From contig OZ242005.1 of the NCBI GenBank assembly GCA_965204725.1, positions 4,992,001 through 5,056,000 on the forward strand: DNA of 64,000 bases, written 5' to 3'. The notes under the pieces are model-generated. The model was not told where the DNA came from. It was given only the letters and a program-made list of their open reading frames with translations, and did not search any database. The stretch comes from Candidatus Latescibacterota bacterium (GTDB taxonomy: Bacteria > Latescibacterota > UBA2968 > UBA8231). Position 1 is the stretch's first letter. The number at the start of each line of letters is the position of its first letter. Below, in pieces: positions 1 through 9,217 of the stretch. Both the position numbers and the translations under genes were made by a program.

Positions 1-1014
1 CGACTCAGCATCGGCGTTGCCGGGCTTGGCCACGGCAGAACCTTGCTCGGTGCCAACCAGCCAGAAAACAGCACTTTGCCGATCCGCGTCACCGCCCTGT
101 GCGACACGCGGCCGGACCAGCTCGAAACACTGGGCCGCGAATTTGGCATCACCGCCCTGACCTCTGATTTTGACGAACTAGTTGCGCGCTGCGACCTCGA
201 CATCATCGGCATCTACACGCCCGGGCCCCTCCACGCCGAGCAAATCCTGACCGCGCTCGACGCGGGCAAGCACGTGATGGTCACCAAGTCGATGGTGTAC
301 ACGATGGAAGAGGTTGAACAGGTTGTGAAAGCCGTTGACAGAGCCGGCAAAGTGCTGCTCGTCACGCAGAGTCTGCGCGGCCGGTATGATTTCATCGAAG
401 CGAAGCGCGCCTGCGATGCTGGAGAAATCGGCGAACTCTTCATGGCCGAGGCCCACTACATCCACGACCTCCGGCCGGTTTATGACTATTCGCCTTGGCG
501 AGTCGAGATGCCGCAAGACCTGATCTTGGGCGGTGCCTGCCACCCAATTGACCTTCTGCGCTGGTTCATGGGTGACATTGACGAGGTCCACTGTTACGGG
601 CTACGCAGCGGCGTCGCCCCGGAGTATCCTCAAGAGGACAACTTCGTCATCAACGTGAAGTTTACCTCTGGGAAGATCGGGCGCATCGCGAACTTCCTCG
701 GCGTCGTACACCCGCCTGACACCCCGACGAATAGCCTGACCGTTTACGGGACCCGTGGCACCATTCTCAACGGAGTAAAGAGCCTCGATCCAACCGGCGA
801 TCTGCCTGCGCGCAAGATCGCCGCCGAATTTTCATCCATGCGGGGCCACGCTAGCGAGATGGTCGTCATGATGCAGCACATGGCCGATTGCGTCCTGAAC
901 GGCACAAAGCCTTGGGTTGGCGTCCGCGAGGGGGCTAGGGTGGTCGCCACAGGGCTTGCGTGTTGGGCCTCCCTGCGATCGGGGAGGCCGGAGAGCGTGC
1001 GGAACGATTTCTGA
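1..1014 (+). CDS. Gfo/Idh/MocA family oxidoreductase (5' end outside window)
   Basis: Frame is open from base 1 (RLSIGVAGLGHG, Rossmann GxGxxG); later motifs AGKHVMVTKSM and HPIDLLRW. Confidence 0.85.
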   Translation, partial: RLSIGVAGLGHGRTLLGANQPENSTLPIRVTALCDTRPDQLETLGREFGITALTSDFDELVARCDLDIIGIYTPGPLHAEQILTALDAGKHVMVTKSMVYTMEEVEQVVKAVDRAGKVLLVTQSLRGRYDFIEAKRACDAGEIGELFMAEAHYIHDLRPVYDYSPWRVEMPQDLILGGACHPIDLLRWFMGDIDEVHCYGLRSGVAPEYPQEDNFVINVKFTSGKIGRIANFLGVVHPPDTPTNSLTVYGTRGTILNGVKSLDPTGDLPARKIAAEFSSMRGHASEMVVMMQHMADCVLNGTKPWVGVREGARVVATGLACWASLRSGRPESVRNDF

Positions 1015-1020
1015 TCCCGC

Positions 1021-1821
1021 CTACTCGGGGGTGAAATCGTTAGGGTTGAGGGCGTACCAGTACACCGTACCGTTGTCGATCAGCGGCTGGATTTCGCGGA
1101 CGTTGCGGACGCTGGCAATGGCGGCGTGGGCTGAATGCCCGGTGAGCCGGGTGAGTATGGCGGCGTTGCGCTGGGCACGGCTCGTATCGCGTTGGTCAGC
1201 GGTGTAGGAAGCCTCGACCGCGATATAGTGGATAGCACCCGCTGAGTCCGTGACCTCAATGACCAGATCGGCGCGAAAAAAGCTGCGCCGGTCGTTTTGG
1301 GGAATGTCGGCGGTCTCGGCCGGCTTGCGTTGGAAGATCAATTGGCCGAGGTCCAGCCTTGTCAGGAGCCCCTTAAACTGGAATCCCATGCCGTCGCTGA
1401 TCTCTAGGAAGTGTACCCCGACCACATATCGGGCTACTTTGCCGCGCAGTTCGCCAATAGAAGTCTCCATTCGCTGGTTGAACTGCCGCTGCTCCTTATT
1501 AAACTGGCGCTGCTCCTCAAGCTTCTTGTCGATGCTGTCGAAACGCCGATTCACCCGCTCATTAAACTGCCGCTGCTCCTCGTTAAACTGGTGCTGCTCC
1601 TCAAGCTTCTTGTCGATGCTGTCGAAACGCCGATTCACCCGCTCATTAAACTGCCGCTGATCGGCAATAAAGCTCTCGACGCGAGTTTCGAACTTGGCAA
1701 GCCGCTCGGGTAGCTGAATCAGATCGTCGCTGAGAACGTGGCGGCGGACCGCTTGGCGGAATTCGTCGTTTTCGTTCAGCAGGTGGATCAGATCGTCGGT
1801 TGTGTGGATGACGGTCATCAT
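1021..1821 (-). CDS. Coiled-coil repeat protein with C-terminal PD-(D/E)XK-like domain
   Basis: GGAG RBS before ATG 1821; central QRQFNE heptad repeats; C-terminal ADLVIEV...YIAVEASYT. Confidence 0.65.
   Translation of the reverse strand: MMTVIHTTDDLIHLLNENDEFRQAVRRHVLSDDLIQLPERLAKFETRVESFIADQRQFNERVNRRFDSIDKKLEEQHQFNEEQRQFNERVNRRFDSIDKKLEEQRQFNKEQRQFNQRMETSIGELRGKVARYVVGVHFLEISDGMGFQFKGLLTRLDLGQLIFQRKPAETADIPQNDRRSFFRADLVIEVTDSAGAIHYIAVEASYTADQRDTSRAQRNAAILTRLTGHSAHAAIASVRNVREIQPLIDNGTVYWYALNPNDFTPE
1480..1659. repeat. Intragenic tandem repeat (84-bp unit x ~2, with 21-bp subunits)
   Basis: ctgctcctcaagcttcttgtcgatgctgtcgaaacgccgattcacccgctcattaaactgccgctg occurs twice, 84 bp apart. Confidence 0.9.
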
Positions 1822-1947
1822 GGTCTCCAAGGCGTGGGCTGCTCATGCCCTCGTTGCCTACATCTTAAAATCTCGAAATCGTCTGTGCGTTTGTCAACGA
1901 AACCGGAATGCACGGCCAACGGCGGGAACCTCCAGCGCGGGCCTTAT

Positions 1948-2613
1948 TTACCCTTCAAAAGCGAGTACGCGCAGCGGGATGGCGTCGGTAGCGGCGGCCG
2001 GCAGCGGCTGGGCGAAAAGGTAAACGCGCGGTTGTCGCAGGTCGCCCAAGCGGTCTAGGCTCTCGATGAGGGGAATGCCGTGTGCGAAGAGTAGGTGATG
2101 ATTGGGCAGGCTGCGGTCGCCCGGAATGTCTAAACCGGGGGAGTCGATGCCGACCAGCTTGACGCCGGCCTCGACGAGCCAGCGCAAGGCCGCGGTCGAA
2201 GGGTACGGTGGATAGGCTCCTGCGGTCGCCCGTTGATCCCAATCAAAGCGCAAGAGGGCGATGTCCCCCGGGCGGACGCCTCCACCCGGGTCGGCGGCCC
2301 GTTGGAATTGCGCTGGCGAAAGCGGCTCGCCCAGCGGCGCATTGCGAAAGTCGAAGACGATGGCCTCGCCGAAAAAGCACTCGACATCGAGATCGGCGAT
2401 GGCCGGGCCGCCTTGGACGGCGTGTAAAGGCCCCTCGACATGGGTGCCGGCGTGACCGCCCATTTCGAGGCTGGTGGTGATGTACCAGCGGTCGGTCGGC
2501 GGGTCGTCAACGGGAACGCGCTCCGTGCGGTAGTGGATGAGGCGACCTTCCGACGGAGCGATGATCCGCGAAAGATCGACCATGCGGCTGTAAGCAAACG
2601 AGGGGACCTTCAC
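1948..2613 (-). CDS. Cyclase family protein (kynurenine formamidase-like)
   Basis: HAGTHVEGPLH, VKLVGIDSPG and PLIESL motifs. Confidence 0.85.
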   Translation of the reverse strand: MKVPSFAYSRMVDLSRIIAPSEGRLIHYRTERVPVDDPPTDRWYITTSLEMGGHAGTHVEGPLHAVQGGPAIADLDVECFFGEAIVFDFRNAPLGEPLSPAQFQRAADPGGGVRPGDIALLRFDWDQRATAGAYPPYPSTAALRWLVEAGVKLVGIDSPGLDIPGDRSLPNHHLLFAHGIPLIESLDRLGDLRQPRVYLFAQPLPAAATDAIPLRVLAFEG

Positions 2614-3389
2614 GCGATGGCCCGCTTGAGGGCGATGGCGGTCTCGCGGTCGTCGGGGTATGCGGGCAGCGCCCCGCTCAGCGTTACGCGCCCGTCGTAG
2701 CCGGATGCGCGCAAAGTATGCAGAAAGAGCGCGTGGTCGGCCGGCGTGGTCTGCGGCCGGCCGCGCCCCGGCTCGGCAATGTGGGCGTGGATCAGATGCG
2801 GCCCGGCTTCTTTGAGCGCGTCGAAGGATTCGCCGTTGAGCTTAATATGGAAGAAGTCGGCCATCAGCTTGGCGTGGGAACGGTTGACATCCGCTATGAA
2901 CTCGGTCGCTTCGGAGACGGTATTGAGCAGGTTGGCGTCGTCGCGGTTGTACGGCTCGAGCGCGACCTTGACGCCCCTCGGCTCGCCGAGGTCCGCGCAC
3001 AGGTGCAAGAAGTCGGCGACCTGTTGGCGCGCTCTGTTGCGGTCAAACCCGTCGGGCACCCAGCGCGAACCACCGCTCCCATAGCCGATGACCTCAACCC
3101 CGGCCCGCTGCATGCGGTCGAAGACCTGCGTCACAAAAGTACGCAGCCGGTCCAAGCTCACGTCGGGACCGACGACCATCCGCCCGCGCCCCTGCGGATC
3201 GGCAATAAAGCCGCACATCGTCTTCATCTGCAACGGGTGCTTTGCCAAAAGCGCTAGACACGTGCGCTCGGTCTGGGGATCGTCGGCATCGACGCCGAGC
3301 AGACCGGGAAAGCCTTCGAGATAGTCAAAGTCCCAGTCGGCAGACTCTTCAAGCTCGCGAAAATTGGTGACTAAGAGGCCGATCTGCAC
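2610..3389 (-). CDS. Sugar phosphate isomerase/epimerase (xylose isomerase-like TIM barrel)
   Basis: VALEPYNR, LMADFFH, HAHIAE metal ligands; GTG start just after the upstream stop. Confidence 0.8.
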   Translation of the reverse strand: MQIGLLVTNFRELEESADWDFDYLEGFPGLLGVDADDPQTERTCLALLAKHPLQMKTMCGFIADPQGRGRMVVGPDVSLDRLRTFVTQVFDRMQRAGVEVIGYGSGGSRWVPDGFDRNRARQQVADFLHLCADLGEPRGVKVALEPYNRDDANLLNTVSEATEFIADVNRSHAKLMADFFHIKLNGESFDALKEAGPHLIHAHIAEPGRGRPQTTPADHALFLHTLRASGYDGRVTLSGALPAYPDDRETAIALKRAIA

Positions 3390-3391
3390 GA

Positions 3392-4480
3392 TTATTGGTC
3401 TCTGATCCAGCTCATGCCCTCGCCGCGCACCAGAAAGGAACGCTCGTCCCAAGGGCCGGGCCGGGTGACGGGCATCCGGCCCTCCTCAACGGCGACGTCG
3501 AGCGGGTTGTCTCGGGTTTGCAGCGGCAGAACCACGCGCTCGTGCAGCCGAGCCGACTCATAGACGCCCATCATGATCTCGGTGGCGGCCTTGCCGTGCT
3601 CGGCCTTGCCATAGTAATCGTCGAAATGGCCCTCGATCCAGCGGCAAATTCCATAAGCTTGATGGACGAAGGCATTGCCGTAGCCGCTGGCCTTATCGTC
3701 GGGCGCGAAGTCCTGCCAGCCGTCGGAACGGGCCGTCATATAGCGCAGGCTGTTGTCGCTGACGACCATCATGCCGTCTTCGCCGTAGATGGTAGCACCC
3801 ACCTGATAAATATCGTTCATCTCGTTTTCGATCACGCCCTTGACCCCTTCGGGATAGCCGATGATTCCCACGCAGCGGTCTTCGACCCGGTGCCCGAAGA
3901 CGAAGTGGTCCGTGTGGCGCTCAACCGCGCCCATGACCCACTCGGCCTGCGGGTCGCCGAGGGCGTAGAGCTGGAAGTCGATACAGTGGGTGCCGGTGTT
4001 CATCATCCCGGCTTTGACCGCCGACCACAGCCGTTGCGGTTTGCCGAGGGCTCCGTCGGCGATCATTCGCCGCGCCTCGCGCCAAGAAGAGTAAAAGCGG
4101 CGCTGGTGGCCGATGGCTAGCTTGACGTGGTTGCGCTCTGCGGCGATGACCATGGCCTCGGCCTCGCCCAAGGAGACGGCCATGGGCTTTTCGCAGAGTA
4201 CGGCTTTGGGCCGGTGGGAGCAGGCGGCGATGGACATTTCCGCATGCTGGGGATCCCAAGAGCAGACGCTGACGATGTCGAGGTTTTCCTCGTCGAGCAT
4301 CTCCCGGTAGTCGAGGTACTGTTTTGCGACGGCGAAATCCGCGGCGTAGCTGGCCAAGGCCTCGGGGTGCGAGTCGGCACAGGCGACGATTTCCGTGTGC
4401 TCGCACTCGGCCCAACCGCGACCGTGCTCGCGGGCAATGCGGCCCGAGGCGATGACGCCAACGCGGTATTTGGCAGGCAC
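3392..4480 (-). CDS. Gfo/Idh/MocA family oxidoreductase
   Basis: VGVIASGRIA, VLCEKPMA, GTHCID. Confidence 0.9.
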   Translation of the reverse strand: MPAKYRVGVIASGRIAREHGRGWAECEHTEIVACADSHPEALASYAADFAVAKQYLDYREMLDEENLDIVSVCSWDPQHAEMSIAACSHRPKAVLCEKPMAVSLGEAEAMVIAAERNHVKLAIGHQRRFYSSWREARRMIADGALGKPQRLWSAVKAGMMNTGTHCIDFQLYALGDPQAEWVMGAVERHTDHFVFGHRVEDRCVGIIGYPEGVKGVIENEMNDIYQVGATIYGEDGMMVVSDNSLRYMTARSDGWQDFAPDDKASGYGNAFVHQAYGICRWIEGHFDDYYGKAEHGKAATEIMMGVYESARLHERVVLPLQTRDNPLDVAVEEGRMPVTRPGPWDERSFLVRGEGMSWIRDQ

Positions 4481-4482
4481 GG

Positions 4483-5370
4483 CTACTTGGCGTCGCCTAG
4501 GTGCATCAGCGGCAGCGGTGCCGGGCTGGTGCCATCGATAAAATAGACCTTGGCGGCCGGGTCTTTAGAGATGGCTTCGAGAGACTTGAGCGCTTGGAGC
4601 TTGACGTAGTTGGGGTTGCGGCCGATGGCCTCGTTGATCTTGGTGATTTCGTAGGCTTGGGCGTCGGCGAGCAGGCGGCGCTTTTCGGCTTCGGCTTCGG
4701 CCGCGTCCTTTTCGGCTTTGGCAAGGGCGACCTTCTGCTTCTGCTCAGTGGTGAAGCGCTCCAGCTCGGCCTTTTGCTTTTCGACTTCCTGCTCGCGCTC
4801 TTTTTTGGCCTCAATGGCCTTGGTGATAAAGGGCGGCAGCGAGATGTCGCGGATCAACACGGCCTCTACATCAACCCCTTTGGGCAGGAGGTAATCCTTC
4901 AGCCCTTCGAGCAGGGCTATCTGCAACGTGGACTGGGTCGCTTCCAAAAAGAAGTCCTCGGCGCGCTTGATGGTCTTGCCTTGCTCGCGGATTAGCGAGC
5001 GCAACTTGGGCACGATGTGGACGGCGCGCACGTTTTCAATGCCGCCCGTCTCTTGTAAGATGCGCGGCGCGTCGGCGGACACGAGGCGGTACTGGACGCT
5101 GACGTCGATCTTGGTCTGCAGCTGGTCTTGGCTGGGGACGTTGGAGGTTTCGGAATGCGTCTTTTGGCGCACGTCGAAGAGGTGCCATTCGTAGAGGGGG
5201 TTGGTCGGGATGTGCAGGCCCTCGGAGAACGACTTGGACTGGACTTCGCCGAAGAGGGTCGCGACGCCCACGTGACCAGCCGGGACGCTTTGGTAGAAGC
5301 GCGGGCTGATGAGGAATAGGACGAAGATGGCGGCGATGATGCCGAGGATAGACTTAGGTAGCTGGATCAT
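4483..5370 (-). CDS. SPFH/prohibitin family membrane protein
   Basis: N-terminal TM, VPAGHVGV..LFG, VLIRDISLP, coiled-coil C-terminus; AAGGAGG RBS before ATG 5370 (alternative start 5397). Confidence 0.85.
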   Translation of the reverse strand: MIQLPKSILGIIAAIFVLFLISPRFYQSVPAGHVGVATLFGEVQSKSFSEGLHIPTNPLYEWHLFDVRQKTHSETSNVPSQDQLQTKIDVSVQYRLVSADAPRILQETGGIENVRAVHIVPKLRSLIREQGKTIKRAEDFFLEATQSTLQIALLEGLKDYLLPKGVDVEAVLIRDISLPPFITKAIEAKKEREQEVEKQKAELERFTTEQKQKVALAKAEKDAAEAEAEKRRLLADAQAYEITKINEAIGRNPNYVKLQALKSLEAISKDPAAKVYFIDGTSPAPLPLMHLGDAK

Positions 5371-5596
5371 GCGAGGCCTCCTTAGGGGCTGGGACATTCT
5401 TCCTGCCTTTGATTGGGATTGGGAAATTGATCACCTAGAAAGTAAATCCTCGGCCTGAAAATGTCCATTAAGGCCCCCAAACCCAAGCGGCGGCCCAGCG
5501 TCTTGAGTGGGGGCCGTGTAGGTTTGTGCCCATGCAGGATTCGATCTACTATACGGCGATACAGTTCGGAATCGAAGGACGAGAAAGGAGCAGCAG

Positions 5597-7060
5597 ATGC
5601 GCGTAGCAATCGGCGGCATTTCCCACGAGAGCAGTACCTTCACCAACGTAGCCACCACGTTGGACAGTTTCCGGGAGCGCAGCTATCTCCACGGAGCGGA
5701 AATTGTCGAGCGTTTTACCGGGGTCAATACGCCCATCGGCGGCTTTATCGAAGGGGCCGAGGCGCACGGCTTTGCAGTCGTGCCGACGATTTTGGCCGAA
5801 GCCCATCCCAGTGCTCCGACGCCTCGTCCTATTTTCAATAGGCTCGTAGGCGAGTTGCTCAACGGCATTGAGGCGGCGGGTGCGATCGACGGGGTTTTAT
5901 TGGAATTGCACGGGGCCATGGTGGCCGAGGGCATTGACGACGCCGACGGGCATATCCTAGCGGCCGTGCGCCGGTTGGTAGGCCCGGATATGCCCATTGT
6001 CGGGCAACTGGACATCCACTCCAATGTCTCTCGCGGCATGATCGAAGCCGCCGATGTCCTGATTGGGCGGGAGACCTATCCAGAGGTCGATATGGCGCCG
6101 AGGGGCCGCGAGTGCGCCGATGTGCTCGTGCGTATAGTGCGGGAGGGCCTGCGGCCGACCATGGCCTTGCACCAACTGCCCCTAGTCTGGGGCATGAACC
6201 AAGTGACGGCCCATCCGCCCATGCGCCAAGCCATCGAATACCTGCACCAGATTGAGGCGCGTCCCGGCGTCGTCTGCGGCTCCATAGCCACTTGCTTCCC
6301 ATTGGCCGACATTCCCGATATGGGTGCCTCCGTGTACGTGACCACCGACAACGACCCCGTCCTAGCCCAATCCTGCGCCGACGAGTTGGCCGCTTGGATC
6401 TGGGAGCGTCGGGCCGATTGGCAGGCGGCCATGCCCGCTACCGCAGAAGCACTGCAAGAGGCCGACAGGACGGGGCGTTACCCGGTGGTTTTGGCCGACC
6501 GCAACGACAATACCGGCGGCGGGTCGCCCGGCGACAGCACGGGACTGTTGCGGGCTTTTTTGGCGGCTGACCTGCAAGACGCCTGCGTCCTGTACATCGT
6601 CGATCCCGAAGCGATCGCCGCTTGCCACGAGGCGGGCGTTGGCGCGGTGCTCAATTTAGAGGTGGGCGGCAAGTCGTCCCCATTGCAAGGCGAGCCGTGC
6701 TCCATGCGGGCCGAGGTGGTGGCCTTGACCGACGGCCCCTTTCGCTACGACGGGCCTATGTACGCCGGCCTAGACGGCAACATGGGCCTTTCGTCCCACA
6801 TCCGCGCGGGCGGGGTACACGTGCTGTTGGTGAACAAGCGCGAGCAACCGTTTTGCACGGCGTTTTCCCGCACCTTGGGTTTGGACCCTAGGCAGATGCG
6901 CTATGTCGGCGTCAAGTCTGCGGCCCACTTCCGCGCTGGTTTTGAGCCGTGGGCTGGCCAGATTCAGGTGGTTTCCGAGCCGTCGGTCCACGCGCCGGCC
7001 GAGGGCAAGCTGGCCTTTAAGCGGCTGGGCCGCAAACTCTACCCCTTTGACGACATTTAG
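5597..7060 (+). CDS. M81 family metallopeptidase (MlrC-like)
   Basis: GGISHESSTF, LHGAM, LDIHSN, DNTGGG, VKSAAHFRAGF. Confidence 0.9.
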   Translation: MRVAIGGISHESSTFTNVATTLDSFRERSYLHGAEIVERFTGVNTPIGGFIEGAEAHGFAVVPTILAEAHPSAPTPRPIFNRLVGELLNGIEAAGAIDGVLLELHGAMVAEGIDDADGHILAAVRRLVGPDMPIVGQLDIHSNVSRGMIEAADVLIGRETYPEVDMAPRGRECADVLVRIVREGLRPTMALHQLPLVWGMNQVTAHPPMRQAIEYLHQIEARPGVVCGSIATCFPLADIPDMGASVYVTTDNDPVLAQSCADELAAWIWERRADWQAAMPATAEALQEADRTGRYPVVLADRNDNTGGGSPGDSTGLLRAFLAADLQDACVLYIVDPEAIAACHEAGVGAVLNLEVGGKSSPLQGEPCSMRAEVVALTDGPFRYDGPMYAGLDGNMGLSSHIRAGGVHVLLVNKREQPFCTAFSRTLGLDPRQMRYVGVKSAAHFRAGFEPWAGQIQVVSEPSVHAPAEGKLAFKRLGRKLYPFDDI

Positions 7061-7165
7061 CGATTTAGGCACTTGGGCTGCGGTGCAGGTGGAGCTCGCC
7101 CAGCACCGGCCCCACTTGGTCGCTTGGATGGAAGTGCCCCGGTGACGTCCAACCCATGTCCTAAG

Positions 7166-7741
7166 CTACGGGTAGGCGACCGGCCAATTCAGTTGCGCTA
7201 GGATCCGCTGCCAGCGTTCCTTGACGTCTTGACCGTCAGTCCAAGGTACGAACCCCAACTTCAGGTAGGATTTGAGTGCTGCCAATCTGAAGTCTTCGGT
7301 GTGGAGATGGATGAGACGGTACCCGGCATCGACAAATCGCCTCACCACCTGCGCCGAGACTGCCATTCCCAATCCGCGACCGGAGTGATCTGGGTCGGCG
7401 ACCAGCCATCCGAGTTCGCCCCAGAATGGATAAGTGCCCTTGTAGTTGTGCAGTGCCATAGCAGAGGCAACGATCACACCGCTCGCCTCGTGCAGCACCA
7501 TGAACCAGCCGTCTGGAAGAATCCGGTTCAGCGAGTACGAGAGCCGCTCGTCGTTCCATCCCTCCCAGCCGACCAGTTCCATCAACTGGTAAAAGCGAGA
7601 CTCATCGCCCGGCCGATAGGTGCGAATCGCGTAGCCGGTTGCCAGAGACCGCTCCGGCAGCGCATGGAGCCGAGACTCCGGCCACACCATGCGTAATTGC
7701 TTCACGTCGTTAGAATGCACTTGGTTGTCCTTTCTTCCCAC
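7166..7741 (-). CDS. GNAT family N-acetyltransferase (start uncertain)
   Basis: Acetyl-CoA motif A DPDHSGRGLG; YLKLGF. Confidence 0.8.
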   Translation of the reverse strand: MGRKDNQVHSNDVKQLRMVWPESRLHALPERSLATGYAIRTYRPGDESRFYQLMELVGWEGWNDERLSYSLNRILPDGWFMVLHEASGVIVASAMALHNYKGTYPFWGELGWLVADPDHSGRGLGMAVSAQVVRRFVDAGYRLIHLHTEDFRLAALKSYLKLGFVPWTDGQDVKERWQRILAQLNWPVAYP

Positions 7742-7837
7742 CGCGATCTGTACGTATAGGCGAAATAGCGGAGATGCTCAAGCCCTTGAGAGTTCCGAGG
7801 TTGACACGATCACCTTACGGCTCGTTTCTACAAGCCC

Positions 7838-9217
7838 ATGCTTCTGACGATTTCGACGACGCATCAACCCGCTACGAGCTTGGGCTATCTCCTGCACAAG
7901 CACCCAAGCCGCGCCCAAGCCTTTGAGTTGCCCTTTGGGACTGCGCACGTCTTCTATCCCGAAGCCTCGCCTGAGCGATGCACGGCCGCGTTGCTCCTCG
8001 ACGTCGATCCAACCGCACTCAAGCGGCGCGCGGCGTCCTCCGACTTTGCGCTGGCGTCTTATGTCAACGACCGCCCCTACGCGGCTTCCTCTTTTATCAG
8101 CGTAGCCATTGCCCGAGTGTTTACCTCGGCCTTGAACGGACAGTGCCGCGAACGGGCCGAGCTCGTAGAAAAGGCCCTGCCGCTGCGAGTGAGCGTTAGT
8201 GCCCTGCCCTGCCGGGGGGGCGAGGGCTTGCTGCGCGGCCTCTTTGAGCCGTTGGGCTATGCGGTGGAGGCTAGGGATTCCTTGCTCGACGAGCATTTTC
8301 CAGAATGGGGCAAAAGCCCCTATTACGAGGTCGAGCTACAGTGCGTCCGGCCATTAAAAGAAGTGCTGGCGCATCTATACGTGCTAATACCGGTGCTCGA
8401 CGACGGGAAGCACTACTACGTGAGCGAGGAGGAGATCGACAAGTTGATGAGGCGAGGCGGGCAGTGGCTGGCTGGCCACCCCCTGCGCGATGTCGTTGTC
8501 GAGCGCTACCTAAAGCACCAGCGAGGGCTCAAGCAGGCCGCGCTGTCGCGGCTTTTGGCCGAAGAAGTCGGGGAGGCCGAAAACCACGCCGGCGAAGAGG
8601 CTCTCGAAGTGGAGTTGAGCCTGAACCAGCAGCGGTTGGCCGCCGTGGTTGAGGAGTTCAAGGCGAGCGGTGCCCGGCGGGTGCTGGACCTCGGCTGTGG
8701 AGAGGGGCGACTGCTCGCGCTGCTGGCGGCGGAAGCGCAGTTTGCCGAAGTGGCGGGCATGGATGTATCGCCGCAAGCCCTAGCGCGTGCTCGTCAGCGG
8801 CTAGCAAGGCTGCCACGCGGCGAACAGGTCGCGGTTTTCCAAGGGTCGCTGACCTATCGCGACGCTCGGTTGAGCGGGTACGACGCCGCAGCACTGGTGG
8901 AGGTCGTCGAGCATTTGGATCCGCCCCAGTTGCGGGCCGGCGAGCGGGCCGTGTTCGAGTTCGCCCGGCCGGATACGGTCGTGATAACCACCCCCAACGC
9001 CGAATACAATGCCCATTGGGCCGCGCTGCCGGCCGGCGCCTTCCGCCATCCCGATCACCGCTTTGAGTGGCGGCGGGCGGAATTGGGGGCGTGGGCAGAG
9101 CAGGTGGGCAAACGCTATGGATATGCCGTGCGCGTCGCGCCCGTTGGCCCAGAGGACCCGGAGCTAGGCGCACCAACGCAGATGGCGATTTTCTCTGCGG
9201 AGGCCCGAAGTGGCTGA
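7838..9217 (+). CDS. hen1: 3'-terminal RNA ribose 2'-O-methyltransferase Hen1
   Basis: N-terminus MLLTISTTHQPATSLGYLLHKHP; SAM motif VLDLGCGEG; EVVEH; HPDHRFEW; overlaps pnkp. Confidence 0.95.
   Translation: MLLTISTTHQPATSLGYLLHKHPSRAQAFELPFGTAHVFYPEASPERCTAALLLDVDPTALKRRAASSDFALASYVNDRPYAASSFISVAIARVFTSALNGQCRERAELVEKALPLRVSVSALPCRGGEGLLRGLFEPLGYAVEARDSLLDEHFPEWGKSPYYEVELQCVRPLKEVLAHLYVLIPVLDDGKHYYVSEEEIDKLMRRGGQWLAGHPLRDVVVERYLKHQRGLKQAALSRLLAEEVGEAENHAGEEALEVELSLNQQRLAAVVEEFKASGARRVLDLGCGEGRLLALLAAEAQFAEVAGMDVSPQALARARQRLARLPRGEQVAVFQGSLTYRDARLSGYDAAALVEVVEHLDPPQLRAGERAVFEFARPDTVVITTPNAEYNAHWAALPAGAFRHPDHRFEWRRAELGAWAEQVGKRYGYAVRVAPVGPEDPELGAPTQMAIFSAEARSG

Noticed and set aside
1480-1659. 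Repeat as a CRISPR array or DGR template/variable pair
   Set aside because: In-frame tandem coding repeat with no spacers, no adenine-specific divergence and no reverse transcriptase
7801-7837. TTGACA upstream of hen1 as a sigma70 promoter
   Set aside because: No convincing -10 hexamer at 16-18 bp spacing
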